Of a stretch of DNA of 63,744 bases, positions 30,538-42,512 are shown in pieces. Made by a program: the position numbers and the translations under genes. Within the stretch, counting starts at the first letter, position 1. The number at the start of each line of letters is the position of its first letter. The stretch is from Macrostomum lignano (lineage: Eukaryota). The stretch covers positions 1 to 63,744 of the forward strand of contig NIVC01003136.1 in the NCBI GenBank assembly GCA_002269645.1. Reading direction: 5' to 3'. A model generated the notes under the pieces. It saw only the letters and a program-made list of their open reading frames with translations, was not told the DNA's origin and did no database searches.

Positions 30538-33500
30538 ATGACCGAGGACTCTGCGGTGCCCAACGACTCCTGGCCGCTGGCCCTCAAGCTGCTGCTGTCC
30601 GCTCTGCTGAGCTGCCTGACTCTCTGGACTCTGCTTGGCAACGGCCTCGTGCTGCTGGCGCTGCTGAGCTACCGGCAGCTGCGCAGCGCCCCCAACCTGC
30701 TGATCGGCAACCTGGCGATCAGCGACTTCCTGCTGGCGCTCACTGTGCTGCCATTGTCCTCTGTGAATGCCGTGATGGGTGAGTGAGTGAATGAGTGAGT
30801 GAGTGAATGAGTGACTGAGTGAATGAGTGAGTGTGTGAGTGAGTGAGTGAGTGAGTGTGTGAGTGAGTGAGTGAGTGAGTGAGTGAGTGAGTGAATGAGT
30901 GAGTGAGTGAGTGAGTGAGTGAGTGAGTGAATGAGTGAGTGAGTGAGTGAGTGAGTGAGTGAGTGAGTGAGTGAGTGAGTGAGTGAATGAGTGAGTGAGT
31001 GAGTGAGTGAGTGATTGTTCAGGGCCATCGTGAATTCCACACCCAGCTGTCGTACTTTGACAAATTATTCAAATGTAACACTGTACTAGAAAAGATTTCG
31101 ATGTCTCTAAGACTCAGCGCCGTCTTCGAATCTCGTTCCTTACACCAAGAACATTCCCTGAGTCGTATTTCCGCCCACTCAAAGAAGTGCGCAGCCGCCT
31201 GAGCAAACACCGCCTGCGGCAATCGGTTTGACCTGAAATGAACCAGACTGGATTGTGTGCGTGGATGGAGTAGTGGGTGAGACAGGGAGAGGGTGGGTGA
31301 AGGAGACGAGAAGATTAGAACAGAGTATATTGAAGGGAGTGAGATATGAGACAAGCGGAGAGTAGATGGCGGGGTGGGTGAGACAGGCAGAGAATAGATG
31401 GAGAGGAGGGTGAGACAGGCAGAGAGTAGATGGAGAGGAGGGTGAGAAAGACAGAGTATATGGAGAGGAGGGTGAGACAGGCAGAGAGTAGATGAAGAGG
31501 AGGGTAAGAAAGACAGAGAGTAGATGGAGAGGAGGGTGAGACAGGCAGAGAGTAGATGGAGAGGAGGGTGAGAAAGACAGAGTATATGGAGAGGAGGGTG
31601 AGACAGGCAGAGAGTAGATGAAGAGGAGGGTAAGAAAGACAGAGTATATGGAGAGGAGGGTGAGACAGGCAGAGAGTAGATGGAGAGGAGGGTAAGAAAG
31701 ACAGAGAGTAGATGGAGAGGAGGGTGAGACAGGCAGAGAGTAGATGGAGAGGAGGGTGAGAAAGACAGAGTATATGGAGAGGAGGGTGAGACAGGCAGAG
31801 AGTAGATGAAGAGGAGGGTAAGAAAGACAGAGTATATGGAGAGGAGGGTGAGACAGGCAGAGAGTAGATGGAGAGGAGGGTAAGAAAGACAGAGAGTAGA
31901 TGGAGAGGAGGGTGAGACAGGCAGAGAGTAGATGGAGAGGAGGGTGAGAAAGACAGAGAGTAGATGGAGAGGAGGGTGAGACAGGCAGAGAGTAGATGGA
32001 GAGGAGGGTGAGAAAGACAGAGTATATGGAGAGGAGGGTGAGACAGGCAGAGAGTAGATGAAGAGGAGGGTAAGAAAGACAGAGTATATGGAGAGGAGGG
32101 TGAGACAGGCAGAGAGTAGATGGAGAGGAGGGTAAGAAAGACAGAGAGTAGATGGAGAGGAGGGTGAGACAGGCAGAGAGTAGATGGAGAGGAGGGTGAG
32201 AAAGACAGAGTATATGGAGAGGAGGGTGAGACAGGCAGAGAGTAGATGAAGAGGAGGGTAAGAAAGACAGAGTATATGGAGAGGAGGGTGAGACAGGCAG
32301 AGAGTAGATGGAGAGGAGGGTAAGAAAGACAGAGAGTAGATGGAGAGGAGGGTGAGACAGACAGAGAGTAGATGGAGAGGAGGGTAAGAAAGGCAGAGAG
32401 TAGATGGAGAGGAGGGTGAGACAGGCAGAAAGTAAGCTGAGCAGAGATGAGGTGGGGACTCAGTGATCCTGAGGAGCCCCATCAAAGTCCGGATCAGGCG
32501 TGAGCAGCGATCAGCTGAGTCCGCAGCTGCCAGTCTGCAGCTGAGTAGATGATGAGCAATAAAAGTTTGTGAGGCCATTTTGCTCATCCCGAGTCTGATC
32601 CCAGCGCCGCTAATCCTTGCTGTGAGTTTGCTCAGCCGAGATGGCGGAGCCCTCCGAGTACCGGAAGCGCCACTTCGGTAAAACATGTCCCAAAAGCAGA
32701 GCTGCTCAAATTCGAAGTTGCTCAGAGGGCTGGCCAGAAACAGGCGGCCCAAATTGGTTGGAAGCGGTCGCGCCAATGCTCGGGATATTTTTTCCACAGA
32801 AGGCCGAGCTAAAGAAGTGGCCGGGGAAAGTGTCCGGGCTGGCCGGGTGGCCGCAGATTTTGTGTTCCCCACGGCTGGCGGCCCTCCGACCCGCGCTGAC
32901 CCCCCTGATTGCCCCCCCAGCTGCCGCCCTCACCTCCCGGCTCCCACGGGGAGCGCTGCCCAACGGACTTATGCAAATTGGGCCCGGGCCGAGTGGCTGG
33001 GATTCCTGGCCGGGATGTCAGACGGCACTTAAGGGATAGCATTCGAAGGGGACAGCATTCGAAGGGGACAGCATTCGAAGGGGACAGCATTCGAAGGGGA
33101 CAGCATTCGAAGGGGACAGCATTCGAAGGGGACAGCATTCGAAGGGGACAGCATTCGAAGGGGACAGCATTCGAAGGGGACAGCATTCGAAGGGGACAGC
33201 ATTCGAAGGGGACAGCATTCGAAGGGGACAGCATTCGAAGGGGACAGCATTCGAAGGGGAATTTTTGGCTTGGGGAATTATTTGATTTGGGTAATTTTAG
33301 CGCTCGGAAAATCGGTTATTATTTAGTCGGATGATTTCAATACGAATTTTGTGTCACATTTTCTCTCTAACAAAAAAGAATTCTGCCGTGAGACAAAAAT
33401 AGCATTTCCAGCACTGCTTCCTGCGAAATTTGAAAACTTTCCATCTCGCTCATTTTTCATTTTTAAATAAAATGCAAATTCTCAGAACTCTCGAGCTCAT

Positions 33501-36255
33501 CTTGATCTGACCCGGCGGTCATCAATCTTTTCTGCAGCAGCTCTTGCGATTAAAGTCCTCCTCAGAGCTGTGCGAATCCGCAACCGAGGATGAGGCCGGC
33601 GGGATGCTGGGAAGATGCGGAAAGACTTGAAATTCGTAGCCGCGAGGAGGCTGGCCAAGTTGATGGAGCCGCGGAGATGAGGCTGGCCAGACGAGGCGGT
33701 GGGTTGGGGCAATAAAACTGTCACAGTCAATTGCGGTCTGAGGCTGCTCAGCTGGGGCGGCCCGCTGACCTGCCCTGTGCGGCGGGAGAGGCTGCTGCGG
33801 GCTTCTCAGCTCCTGTCCGGCCGCTGCAAGGCCTGGAGGGCCGCCTTTCTGTGCCGGGATGATTGTGTCCGGTGGGGATCAGTGCCTGTGGGACAGTGTC
33901 AGGGTGGGGATCAGTGCCTGTGGGACAGTGTCCGGGTGGGGATCAGTGCCTGTGGGACAGTGTCCGGGTGGGGATCAGTGGCTGTGGGACAGTGTCCGGG
34001 TGAGGATCAGTGCCGCTGGGACAGTGTCCGGGTGGGGATCAGTGCCTGTGGGACAGTGTCCGGGTGGGGATCAGTGGCTGTGGGACAGTGTCCGGGTGGG
34101 GATCAGTGCCTGTGGGACAGTGTCCGGGTGGGGATCAGTGCCTGTGGGACAGTGTCCGGGGGGGATCAGTGCCTGTGGGACAGTGTCCGGGTGGGGATCA
34201 GTGGCTGTGGGACAGTGTATGGGGGGGATCAGTGCCGCTGGGACAGTGTCCGGGTGGGGATCAGTGGCTGTGGGACAGTGTCCGGGTGGGGATCAGTGCC
34301 TGTGGGACAGTGTCCGGGTGGGGATCAGTGCCTGTGGGACAGTGTCCGGGTGGGGATCAGTGCCTGTGGGACAGTGTCCGGGTGGGGATCAGTGCCTGTG
34401 GGACAGTGTCCGGGTGGGGATCAGTGCCTTTGAGACAGTGTCCGGGTGGGGATCAGTGCCTGTGGGACAGTGTCCGGGTGGGGATCAGTGGCTGTGGGAC
34501 AGTGTCCGGGTGGGGATCAGTGGCTGTGGGACAGTGTCCGGGTGGGGATCAACTGTCGGTGGGACAGTGTCCGGGTGGGGGATCAACTGTCAGTGGGACA
34601 GTGTCCGGGTGGGGATCGCATATGCATCAAAGGAGGGCAGGCGCAGACCCAAAGCGTCGCACTTTCACAAATTTTCGGAAATGCAGATTTGGGATAAAAC
34701 GGGATAAAACACAAACTATGGCAGAATCCAATCAGAAACTGGAATGCAAATGAGCGGCTTTACTCAAAGTGGTTTACTCAAAGAATAGTCCCATAAAAGT
34801 GCAAAGAGATAATAGGAAGATTTTCGCAAGCTGAGGCAGCCAGCCATACTCACGGGACAGCAACTGTTAAGCTGAAACTCTACGCTGTTGAATAAACGAA
34901 AGGGAAAGGAGCGAGATGGAGTTCACCTGTAGTGATGTCACTATGTATGCTTCGGCAGCAGTCATGGCACAAAAATTCCTAACCGTCAATGGACGTCAAT
35001 GTGAATTGCTTTGTATTTCTCGACGCTATGCACTTCTCACCCAGTGGCGTCATTCCGCATTCCTGACCCAAAGTGACGTCACTCCGCATTCCTCACCGAA
35101 AGTGATGACGTCATTCCGCATTCCTCATCGAAAGTGACGTCATTCCGCATTCCTCACCGAAAGTGACGTCACTCCGCATTGCCCACCGCAGGCCACTGGC
35201 AGTTCGGCCCGGTGCTGTGCAACCTGTGGCTCAGCCTGGATGTGCTCTACTGCACCGCCTCCGTGTGGAGCCTCGTGGCCATCGCCTTCGACCGGTTTAC
35301 AGCCACCGTCTGCCCGCTGTGGTACCGCGAGAAGCAGCACCGCTGCCGGGCGGTCGCCTACTCGGTTCTGGTGTGGCTGCTGAGCTGCCTCATCTGCCTG
35401 CCGCCACTCATCGGCTGGGACGGCCGCGAGTTCGTAGACCCGGCGGCCAAGCTCGGCCGCTCTCTGGTGCCGGTGCGAGCCGCCAACTCCAGCTGGGACG
35501 GCCGCGTCACCTGCGACCTGTTTAAGGAGACGAACTACGTGATCTACTCGGCAACTGGCAGCTTCATCCTGCCGCTGCTCATCCTAGTTGTGCTGTACGC
35601 CCGGATCTTCCACCTGCTGCGCCGGCGGGCTCGCTGCCTGCGCAAGCGCCGACTGCAGCAGCACCGGCAGCTGAACCAGCCCAGCGGCGTCTGGTTCGAC
35701 CGCGAGCTCGACCTGGCCACGGTGCTGCCGGCGCCAACCATCGCCGACAACCGCAGCGCCACCGAGGAAGCAGTCGCCGACGACGATGGCGAAGCTGCCG
35801 CGGAGGCCGGCGACGAGCCCTGCGTTCTGGAGAACCCCACGGCGGCGGCGGCGGCGGCGGTGGCGCCACAGCTGGAGGAGGAGGCGCACGAGGCCGCCAC
35901 GGCAGCCGAGCCGCTATCGCTTAACCGTCGGGGACCCCGCCGAGCGGACCTCCGGGAGCAGCGGGCTACCCAGCGCATGCTGGCCATCGTCGTGGTGTTT
36001 ATCGTCTGCTGGATGCCCTTCACACTGATGTACCTGGTCCGCGGCGTCACCAGCAACGAATCGTCGGGCGGCGACCAGCCGCCGTCTGCGGTGCTGGAGG
36101 CTGTCCAGTTCTTGGCCATCTGGCTGGGCTACGCGAACAGCGCGCTGAACCCGGTGCTGTACACCGTCTTCAATCAGGACTTCCGGCACGCCATCGCCCG
36201 GCTGCTGCGGAGGCGGCGACGCCGGCGGAGGCGGCCGCAGAATGCGGGCAGCTGA
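30538..36255 (+). CDS. Class A biogenic-amine GPCR (octopamine/tyramine/adrenergic-like), 2 exons, 434 aa
   Basis: Exons 30538-30778 and 35192-36255, phase-1 GT-AG. Motifs GN.LV, NLAISDFL, W.FG..LC..WLSLDVLYCTAS (TM3 Asp), DRF, SATGSFILP, FIVCWMPF and WLGYANSALNPVLY. Confidence 0.95.
30779..31014. repeat. (GAGT)n microsatellite beginning at the GPCR splice donor
   Basis: ATGG|GTGAGTGAGTGAATGAGT... Confidence 0.97.
31268..32428. repeat. 30-32-bp GA-rich minisatellite (about 36 copies)
   Basis: Unit GAGAGTAGATGGAGAGGAGGGT(G/A)AGACAGGCA. Confidence 0.95.
33035..33258. repeat. 16-bp tandem repeat (about 14 copies)
   Basis: Unit AGCATTCGAAGGGGAC. Confidence 0.97.
33868..34615. repeat. 32-bp minisatellite (about 23 copies)
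   Basis: Unit GGGTGGGGATCAGTGCCTGTGGGACAGTGTCC. Confidence 0.95.
35044..35191 (+). repeat. 29-bp repeat (5 copies) whose last copy is the GPCR exon-2 acceptor
   Basis: Unit GTGACGTCATTCCGCATTCCTCACCGAAA; the last copy ends CCCACCGCAG|. Confidence 0.9.
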
Positions 36256-36616
36256 AAATCCCAAGCTCCGTTTCTATTTATAGACTTGAGTGGATTCCCT
36301 GACTGCCGGGAATTCCGAGAGTCAGGCCAGCCCAGCCACAATGAATATTTCACACCTACAGCCCATGCACCACAGCGTTATCCATTTTCGCTACTTTCCC
36401 AACCGTATAAATTAACAGGCATGCATGCTGATGTTTCCAAATGCGCACGGTCCGAATCGTTTCTTCTTTTTTATCATCAACTTTGTGCACCTTTCTGAGA
36501 TGAAAGCAAACAGGACAAATTGTATCCCTGCGGAACCAAAATCAAGGGCCGATTCTTAAGCTATCGAATTTACCCAAGGTTCGATTCCGGGTGCGCGGCC
36601 CGCTGGTTTGGTGTGC

Positions 36617-37005
36617 TCAGTGCACAGTATGTGTACAGTGCACAGTATGTGTACAGTGCACAGTGTGTGTACAGTGCACAGTGTGTGTACAGTGCACAGT
36701 GTTTGTACAGTGCACAGTATGTGTACAGTGCACAGTGTGTGTACATACAGTGCACAGTATGTGTACAGTGTACAGTGTGTGTACAGTGCACAGTGTGTGT
36801 ACAACGCACAGTGTGTGTACAGTGTACAGTGTACAGTGTGTGTACAGCGCACAGTGTGTGTACAGTGCACAGTGTGTGTACAGTGTACAGTGTGTGTACA
36901 GTGCACAGTGTGTGTACAGTGTACAGTGTGTGTACAGTGCACAGTATGTGTACAGTGTACAGTGTGTGTACAGTGCACAGTGTGTGTACAGTGCACAGTG
37001 TGTGT
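36617..37005. repeat. ~18-bp GTGTACAGTGCACAGTGT repeat
   Basis: Direct reading. Confidence 0.95.
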
Positions 37006-37645
37006 ATACGGTTGACCAACTACATGTATGAGAAAGTCAGGGTCGCTGTACACCCTGTGTGAGCGCCTGTTCAGGGTCAGGGGAATGGCTGGCCTGCTCG
37101 CTGCAGGGTCGCCTTGATTTTGCGACGGGCACGTGGAGGCCATGCAGAGCTGACGGGCCCAGCAGGTTGTGAGTTCTCAACCAAATCGCCTCAACTTTTT
37201 AGCAGTAAATAGCAGCTTTTAGCCTCTGCTTTGATTAGCGATTGATTGTTTTTCTAGCGGAGGTCACGTGATCTCTTTCTAGGCCCCTAAACGAATATTG
37301 GAATTGCCGCACGCGAGTGACTTCAGCCCTCTGCAGATGCGGAGTCTTTGATGTTCACCGACACGCACGCCTGCCCAAATTCCATGAGCCATCAGCCCCG
37401 CCTCACAGTCGGCTGCTCGCATTTTTGCTTTGCCTGAAAATAAATTTAGCATTCACGCGCTCTCTAAGCGCAACGCACTACTTGCAGCTTACCCGAGGAT
37501 ATTGCCGCACAAATGTGCTCATAAAAGTATTAAATCAGGACATTTTCCGAAAAAATGGAACTTGGAATTGATTTAGTTTTCACAATACAGAACAAAATTC
37601 TTTGCCTGACAGGCAAATTGCTGAGTATGAAAGCTTTTCTAAGAA

Positions 37646-37915
37646 TGACCCAATAAGGAACACCCAGTGACTCAATAAGGAACACCCAGTGACACAATAA
37701 GGAACACCCAGTGACCCAATAAGGAACACGCAGTGACCCAATAAGGAACACCCAGTGACCCAATAAGGAACACCCATTGACCCAATAAGGAACACCCATT
37801 GACCCAATAAGAAATACCCAGTGACCCAATAGGGAACACCCAGTGACCCAATAGGGAACACCCAGTGACCCAATAGGGAACACCCAGTGAGCCAATAAAG
37901 AGCACCCAGTGACTC
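37646..37915. repeat. 22-bp minisatellite (about 12 copies)
   Basis: Unit GACCCAATAAGGAACACCCAGT. Confidence 0.95.
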
Positions 37916-39529
37916 AGCGAACCCTGTAAAGCCCTAAAAAAAGTCGTGCACTTCCGCCTCGATTAGACGGAGTCATGCATGCAGCTCTCGTTGCTCCTGT
38001 CGGTCCTCCTGTTGCCGCCGCTACTGCTACTGACAGACGCCTGTCCGTACGTCTGCGGTTTGGGCTGGCGGTTTGGCGTCTGCATGGACGACCGAACAAA
38101 ACACAAAATGAACTGACTGTACTGACGGCATGCATGTACATAGGCACATTCTATCTTTTGTACGCATTTACATTTAATGCTTTTATATTGCAGCACCGAT
38201 CATGTCGTGGTGTTGAAGACATAATTGAAACAGTTTAACCTTTCGCAGCTCAAAACAATTAGTTCCTATAGAAACGAGACGATTAAAAAGATAACTGATA
38301 GTTTGTTAAAATAGTGCTGCTGCGGCACATTTCCCCATTGACATTCAGCTGCATGTGGCGAGTAATTGAGAAGCAACATCTCCAATTTTACAACTGCACT
38401 TAGTTAGTCAAAACCGATTTGCCCTACTCTTAGTAGAGCGGAGCAAATCTGCTTCATGCGTTTTTTGGTCGACAATAAATAATATTGCTTTAGAAATAGT
38501 CAGGAAATTTGACAAATTACTTACAGACCTCAATTAATCTGCTGAAATCTATTTGGACCGATTGACTGACTGAAATTGTTGGCAGCAGGTAATTGGTACA
38601 CTGTATATTGGAATACGAATACTCTACTACCAAAATTGGGTCGCTTTTATAAGACCGAAAGTTCACATCGTAGAAAATTTAATACAACAATTGGACCGTG
38701 CAGAATTTTCGGTGTTGTGAAATTTCGGTCCTATGAAGCCCCCCCCCAAAAAAAAATTCATCGACAATTTTGAAAACAAAACGCTTTGCGATGCTAAACT
38801 ATTCCCTTGGCTAAAAGCCTAAAACTTGGCTCCGTTCCAAAAACTCCTAATCAGCTATTGGCAAGTTAAATTACTCGGAATTTACGAAACACGCGGAACT
38901 TTCACTTCATGTCAAAGCAAAATAAGCTTTTTCTGCGTTTCTATTTGCGGCACTGCCTGTGGAAAACAAGGAAATGACGACCCTCTGTCTGTCTGTCACA
39001 TGTGGACAAAATACGGAACTATTTTTTACAATGGCACATTTGGCACGTAACTAGCTGAATAATGACATTAAATTGAATATTAGATTAGACAAACTTTTGG
39101 CTGCTGCACCGTGTGGAGTTTGGAATTTGGATTTTGATTGCCGTTTATCAAGCAAAGTTCAAATTGCGCCAGTGAGCTCTGCATGCAGTTGCATTTCACT
39201 CGTTGGGCCACGTATTACTATTTCGTCACATTCATTCATGGCTGACTAACTGGGCCCCGCCAGCGTGGCATTCGCGTCGGCGGTTAGACAGATAAATGAT
39301 GATAAATGTACATTGGCCCTCATTCTGTTCAGCCGGGCTATTTTTAGAACACGCATACAAAACCTCGGGGGGAAGGCTTTTCAGCGTGTTGAGGCCGCGC
39401 CGGACTGATCTATTTTTAGCTGTGAGTCATGGATCTCCCATTGCGTCGGTAATACGTTGCTTGCAAGGGGCAGGCGGCCGTTGGAAATACCATGGATTCC
39501 CCCTCCTTTCGTTCCAAGTTGCTAGCCAG

Positions 39530-39537
39530 TATAAATA
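39530..39537 (+). promoter_or_regulatory. Candidate TATA box
   Basis: TATAAATA 94 nt upstream of the ATG at 39624; position only, no functional evidence. Confidence 0.3.
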
Positions 39538-39623
39538 CGAGAACGTGGGAGACGCCGCGATCTATAGCAGGTCCAAGCAAGAATTTATAATCTGACCTCG
39601 CATTCAAAGCTGTTTCAATTCCA

Positions 39624-41152
39624 ATGCACAATACAGCCAAAATGCTAGCGCACCTACCGCCACAACAACAGCTATTCGTTAACTGTCAGCAGATAGCGCC
39701 ATCAACTGCAGCATTTGAGTCCAGCCGAGCCCCAGCAGGCTTCCTGCAGTTCACCCCGGTAATGATATCGCCGAATTCGTCCGGCCGATTTGACAGAGGC
39801 TACGACAGCGACGCCTCGGGCTCTTATCCTGGCAGCTCTCCGCCTGGCAGCGCCAGCAGCGCACCGCCCGCCATCTACCAGCAGCCGAGCCCCTACCAGC
39901 CCCAGCACTACCAGCTGCAGTACTCGCCACCGCAGTACTCGCCACTGCAGTACCCGCCGCAGTACCAGCTGCAATACTCGCCGGTGCTGCAGCACCCGCC
40001 ACAGTTCCAGCAGGCAGCCTACCCAGCCACACCGGCAGTCATGCCGCAGCAGCCGCAGCAGCCGCAGTTAGATTTGGCAGCCTGGCGAGACAAATTCCTG
40101 ACAGCATTCAGCAGCTTCTCCAGCGGCTCCTGGCACCTGCAGATCGTGTCAGAGCCGCCGGACCTGCACAACAGCGGCGTGGCCAGGAACGTGTGGCGCT
40201 ACAGGCAGGACCAATCGGCTGATGTGCAGTTCGTCTGCAGGGTGAGTTGACAACCCGAGCTGATCAAATTGCTCAGATCTTAGCGCATACAATCGCCCAC
40301 TTTCTAGCGGGCATAACGTTATAGAGTGCCTTTTGCGAGTCAGTCCGGCCCACCAGAAATTTGTTGAGGGGGGGGGGGTGGATTCTCCAGCGTAAAGACC
40401 CAAGGGCATAACACACGACCCGGCGAGAGGTCTAGCCAAGGTAAGTCGCAAAAATGCCGACCCGAAAAATACTAATTAGATATCAAGGCATTTAGGTTTA
40501 GTAATACAGTTATAGTTACTCTTGCCGTTTACCAAAAATTACGTTAATTCCTCCTATAGTCAATTGTCGCATTTTTGGTCAAAAAGTAAGTCGCACGGCC
40601 GGTGTAAATCAGGGAGGTTGCGCATGTATGACCGAAGGGGGTGGAGGGTGGTTCTGCATTTTAGCGAATTTTCAGCACCACAGCTTCCAATATTGCGTGC
40701 CATTGCGCAATTAAAATTCTCCAAGTAGATTTCTAAGCATAGCTCTGACAAAATAAGGAATTTACGCACACAATGTATTAGCTACTACTAATTGAAGAGT
40801 AGTATACACCGCAAATTAAATTTACGCTCGTAAATCGTTGCAGACCTGCGGCAACAGCTCGAAGGCCACCGGCCACGCGGTTTTCTGGATCTACAAGAAC
40901 GACGCCACGAACACTGGGCAGATCTGGCTGAAGTTGTACACCCGGCGCTGCGGCTCGGCCAGCGGTGGCTGCGGCCAGGGAGTCGCCGAGCCCGTCTGGC
41001 GGCCGGCCGAGGCGGCTCGCGCTCTGGACAGCCTGCGAGATCACGTGGCCGAGGCCTACTACGGCGCCGCGGATTCAGCGATCGGGCACCGGCAGCGTCG
41101 GCAAAGCAAACAGAAACTGCTGCATACTACTGCCAATGCTGTTGAACAGTAG
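39624..41152 (+). CDS. RTP-like / zf-3CxxC domain protein with Q/P/Y/S-rich N-terminus, 2 exons, about 308 aa
   Basis: Exons 39624-40241 and 40844-41152. WRDKF..WHLQ..VWRY..VQFVCR|TC..GQIWLKLYTRRC..C..P..YY resembles the receptor-transporting-protein zinc domain. Confidence 0.72.
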
Positions 41153-41814
41153 TATGCAGTCAGTAGCTAATGAGCTTAGCGAGAACAGCGACATGAAATT
41201 CTAGTTTGATTGAAACTGACCCGGATTCCCGGAATAGTTTTTGGCCAAGCGCTTTGTGCATGTAATTAAACCATTTTATCATTTGGTATACTCGAAGTAC
41301 AGGTACTGCCCGCACGGTTGAATGTTTAATCTGTTTACATGTAGTTATCTACTCATCTCTTAGCAAAGGAGCTCATGCATTTTGCACATTACTGTACCCA
41401 CATTTGCTCTGTTCCAGACTTCGCCTATTCCGCTCTGTTTAAATATAAATAGCGATGTGCTGTCCGTGAAATCTCCAGATTGATTTTTGCTAACTGCAAA
41501 TTTTGCTAAAATTCAAACAAAATTCTTTCGAAGCCTTGGCGCAATCAATTAACGATTAATTTTTTACTCAAGAGACTCAGATATTAACAGTAAGCATTTC
41601 GCAATGAATTTTCTGTCCTTAAAAATGCACCGCGAACAGAAGCATACTACTAACAGCCTCCAGAGCGGTTATGCAAAGTATTCTTTTATTTCTACTGTAA
41701 CAAGCAGATGAGTGAAAAGATAATATAGACACGTAACTACATGCAAGAATTTTGTTAAGCACATAATTGACTGACAAGCAACTAGGCAAACACGGAGCTC
41801 CTCAATAGGAAGCT

Positions 41815-42470
41815 ACCAGTTATTGGGAAGAGACCAGTCATTGGGAAGAGACCAGTCATTGGGAAGAGACCAGTCACTGGGATGAGACCAGTGATTGGGA
41901 AGAGACCAGTGATTGGGAAGAGACCAGTCATTGGGAAGAGACCAGTGATTGGGAAGAGACCAGTGATTGGGAAGAGACCAGTCATTGGGAAGAGACCAGT
42001 TATTGGGAAGAGACCAGTCATTGGGAAGAGACCAGTCATTGGGAAGAGACCAGTCATTGGGAAGAGACCAGTGATTGGGAAGAGACCAGTGATTGGGAAG
42101 AGACCAGTCATTGGGAAGAGACCAGTCACTGGGATGAGACCAGTCATTGGGAAGAGACCAGTTATTGGGAAGAGACCAGTCATTGGGAAGAGACCAGTCA
42201 TTGGGAAGAGACCAGTCATTGGGAAGAGACCAGTCATTGGGAAGAGACCAGTGATTGGGAAGAGACCAGTCACTGGGATGAGACCGGTCATTGGGAAGAG
42301 ACCAGTCATTGGGAAGAGACCAGTGATTGGGAAGAGACCAGTCAAGAAGGTACTACTCGGGAAGAGAAACCCAGTCGGGAAACCATCAGCAGGGAAGTCA
42401 CCAGCCGGGAAGCCACCAGTCGGGAAGCCAGCAGCCGGGAAGCCAGCAGCCGGGAACCACCAGCCGGGAA
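41815..42470. repeat. 18-bp minisatellite (about 29 copies) grading into a 15-bp repeat
   Basis: Unit ATTGGGAAGAGACCAGTC, then GGGAAGCCAGCAGCC. Confidence 0.95.
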
Positions 42471-42512
42471 GCAGGCAGTGAACGGGCCGAGCTGGTCACA
42501 AGGCATTTAACT

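Noticed and set aside
31019-32872. 617-aa minus-strand ORF as one gene
   Set aside because: About two-thirds is the 30-32-bp array; the unique ends are kept only as a low-confidence finding.
39490-39510. kappaB site upstream of the RTP-like gene
   Set aside because: Single 9/10 match, expected by chance.
41782-42481. Collagen-like GLFPMT / KRPVIG repeat proteins
   Set aside because: In-frame translation of an 18-bp array beyond the MRRF stop; no unique domain.
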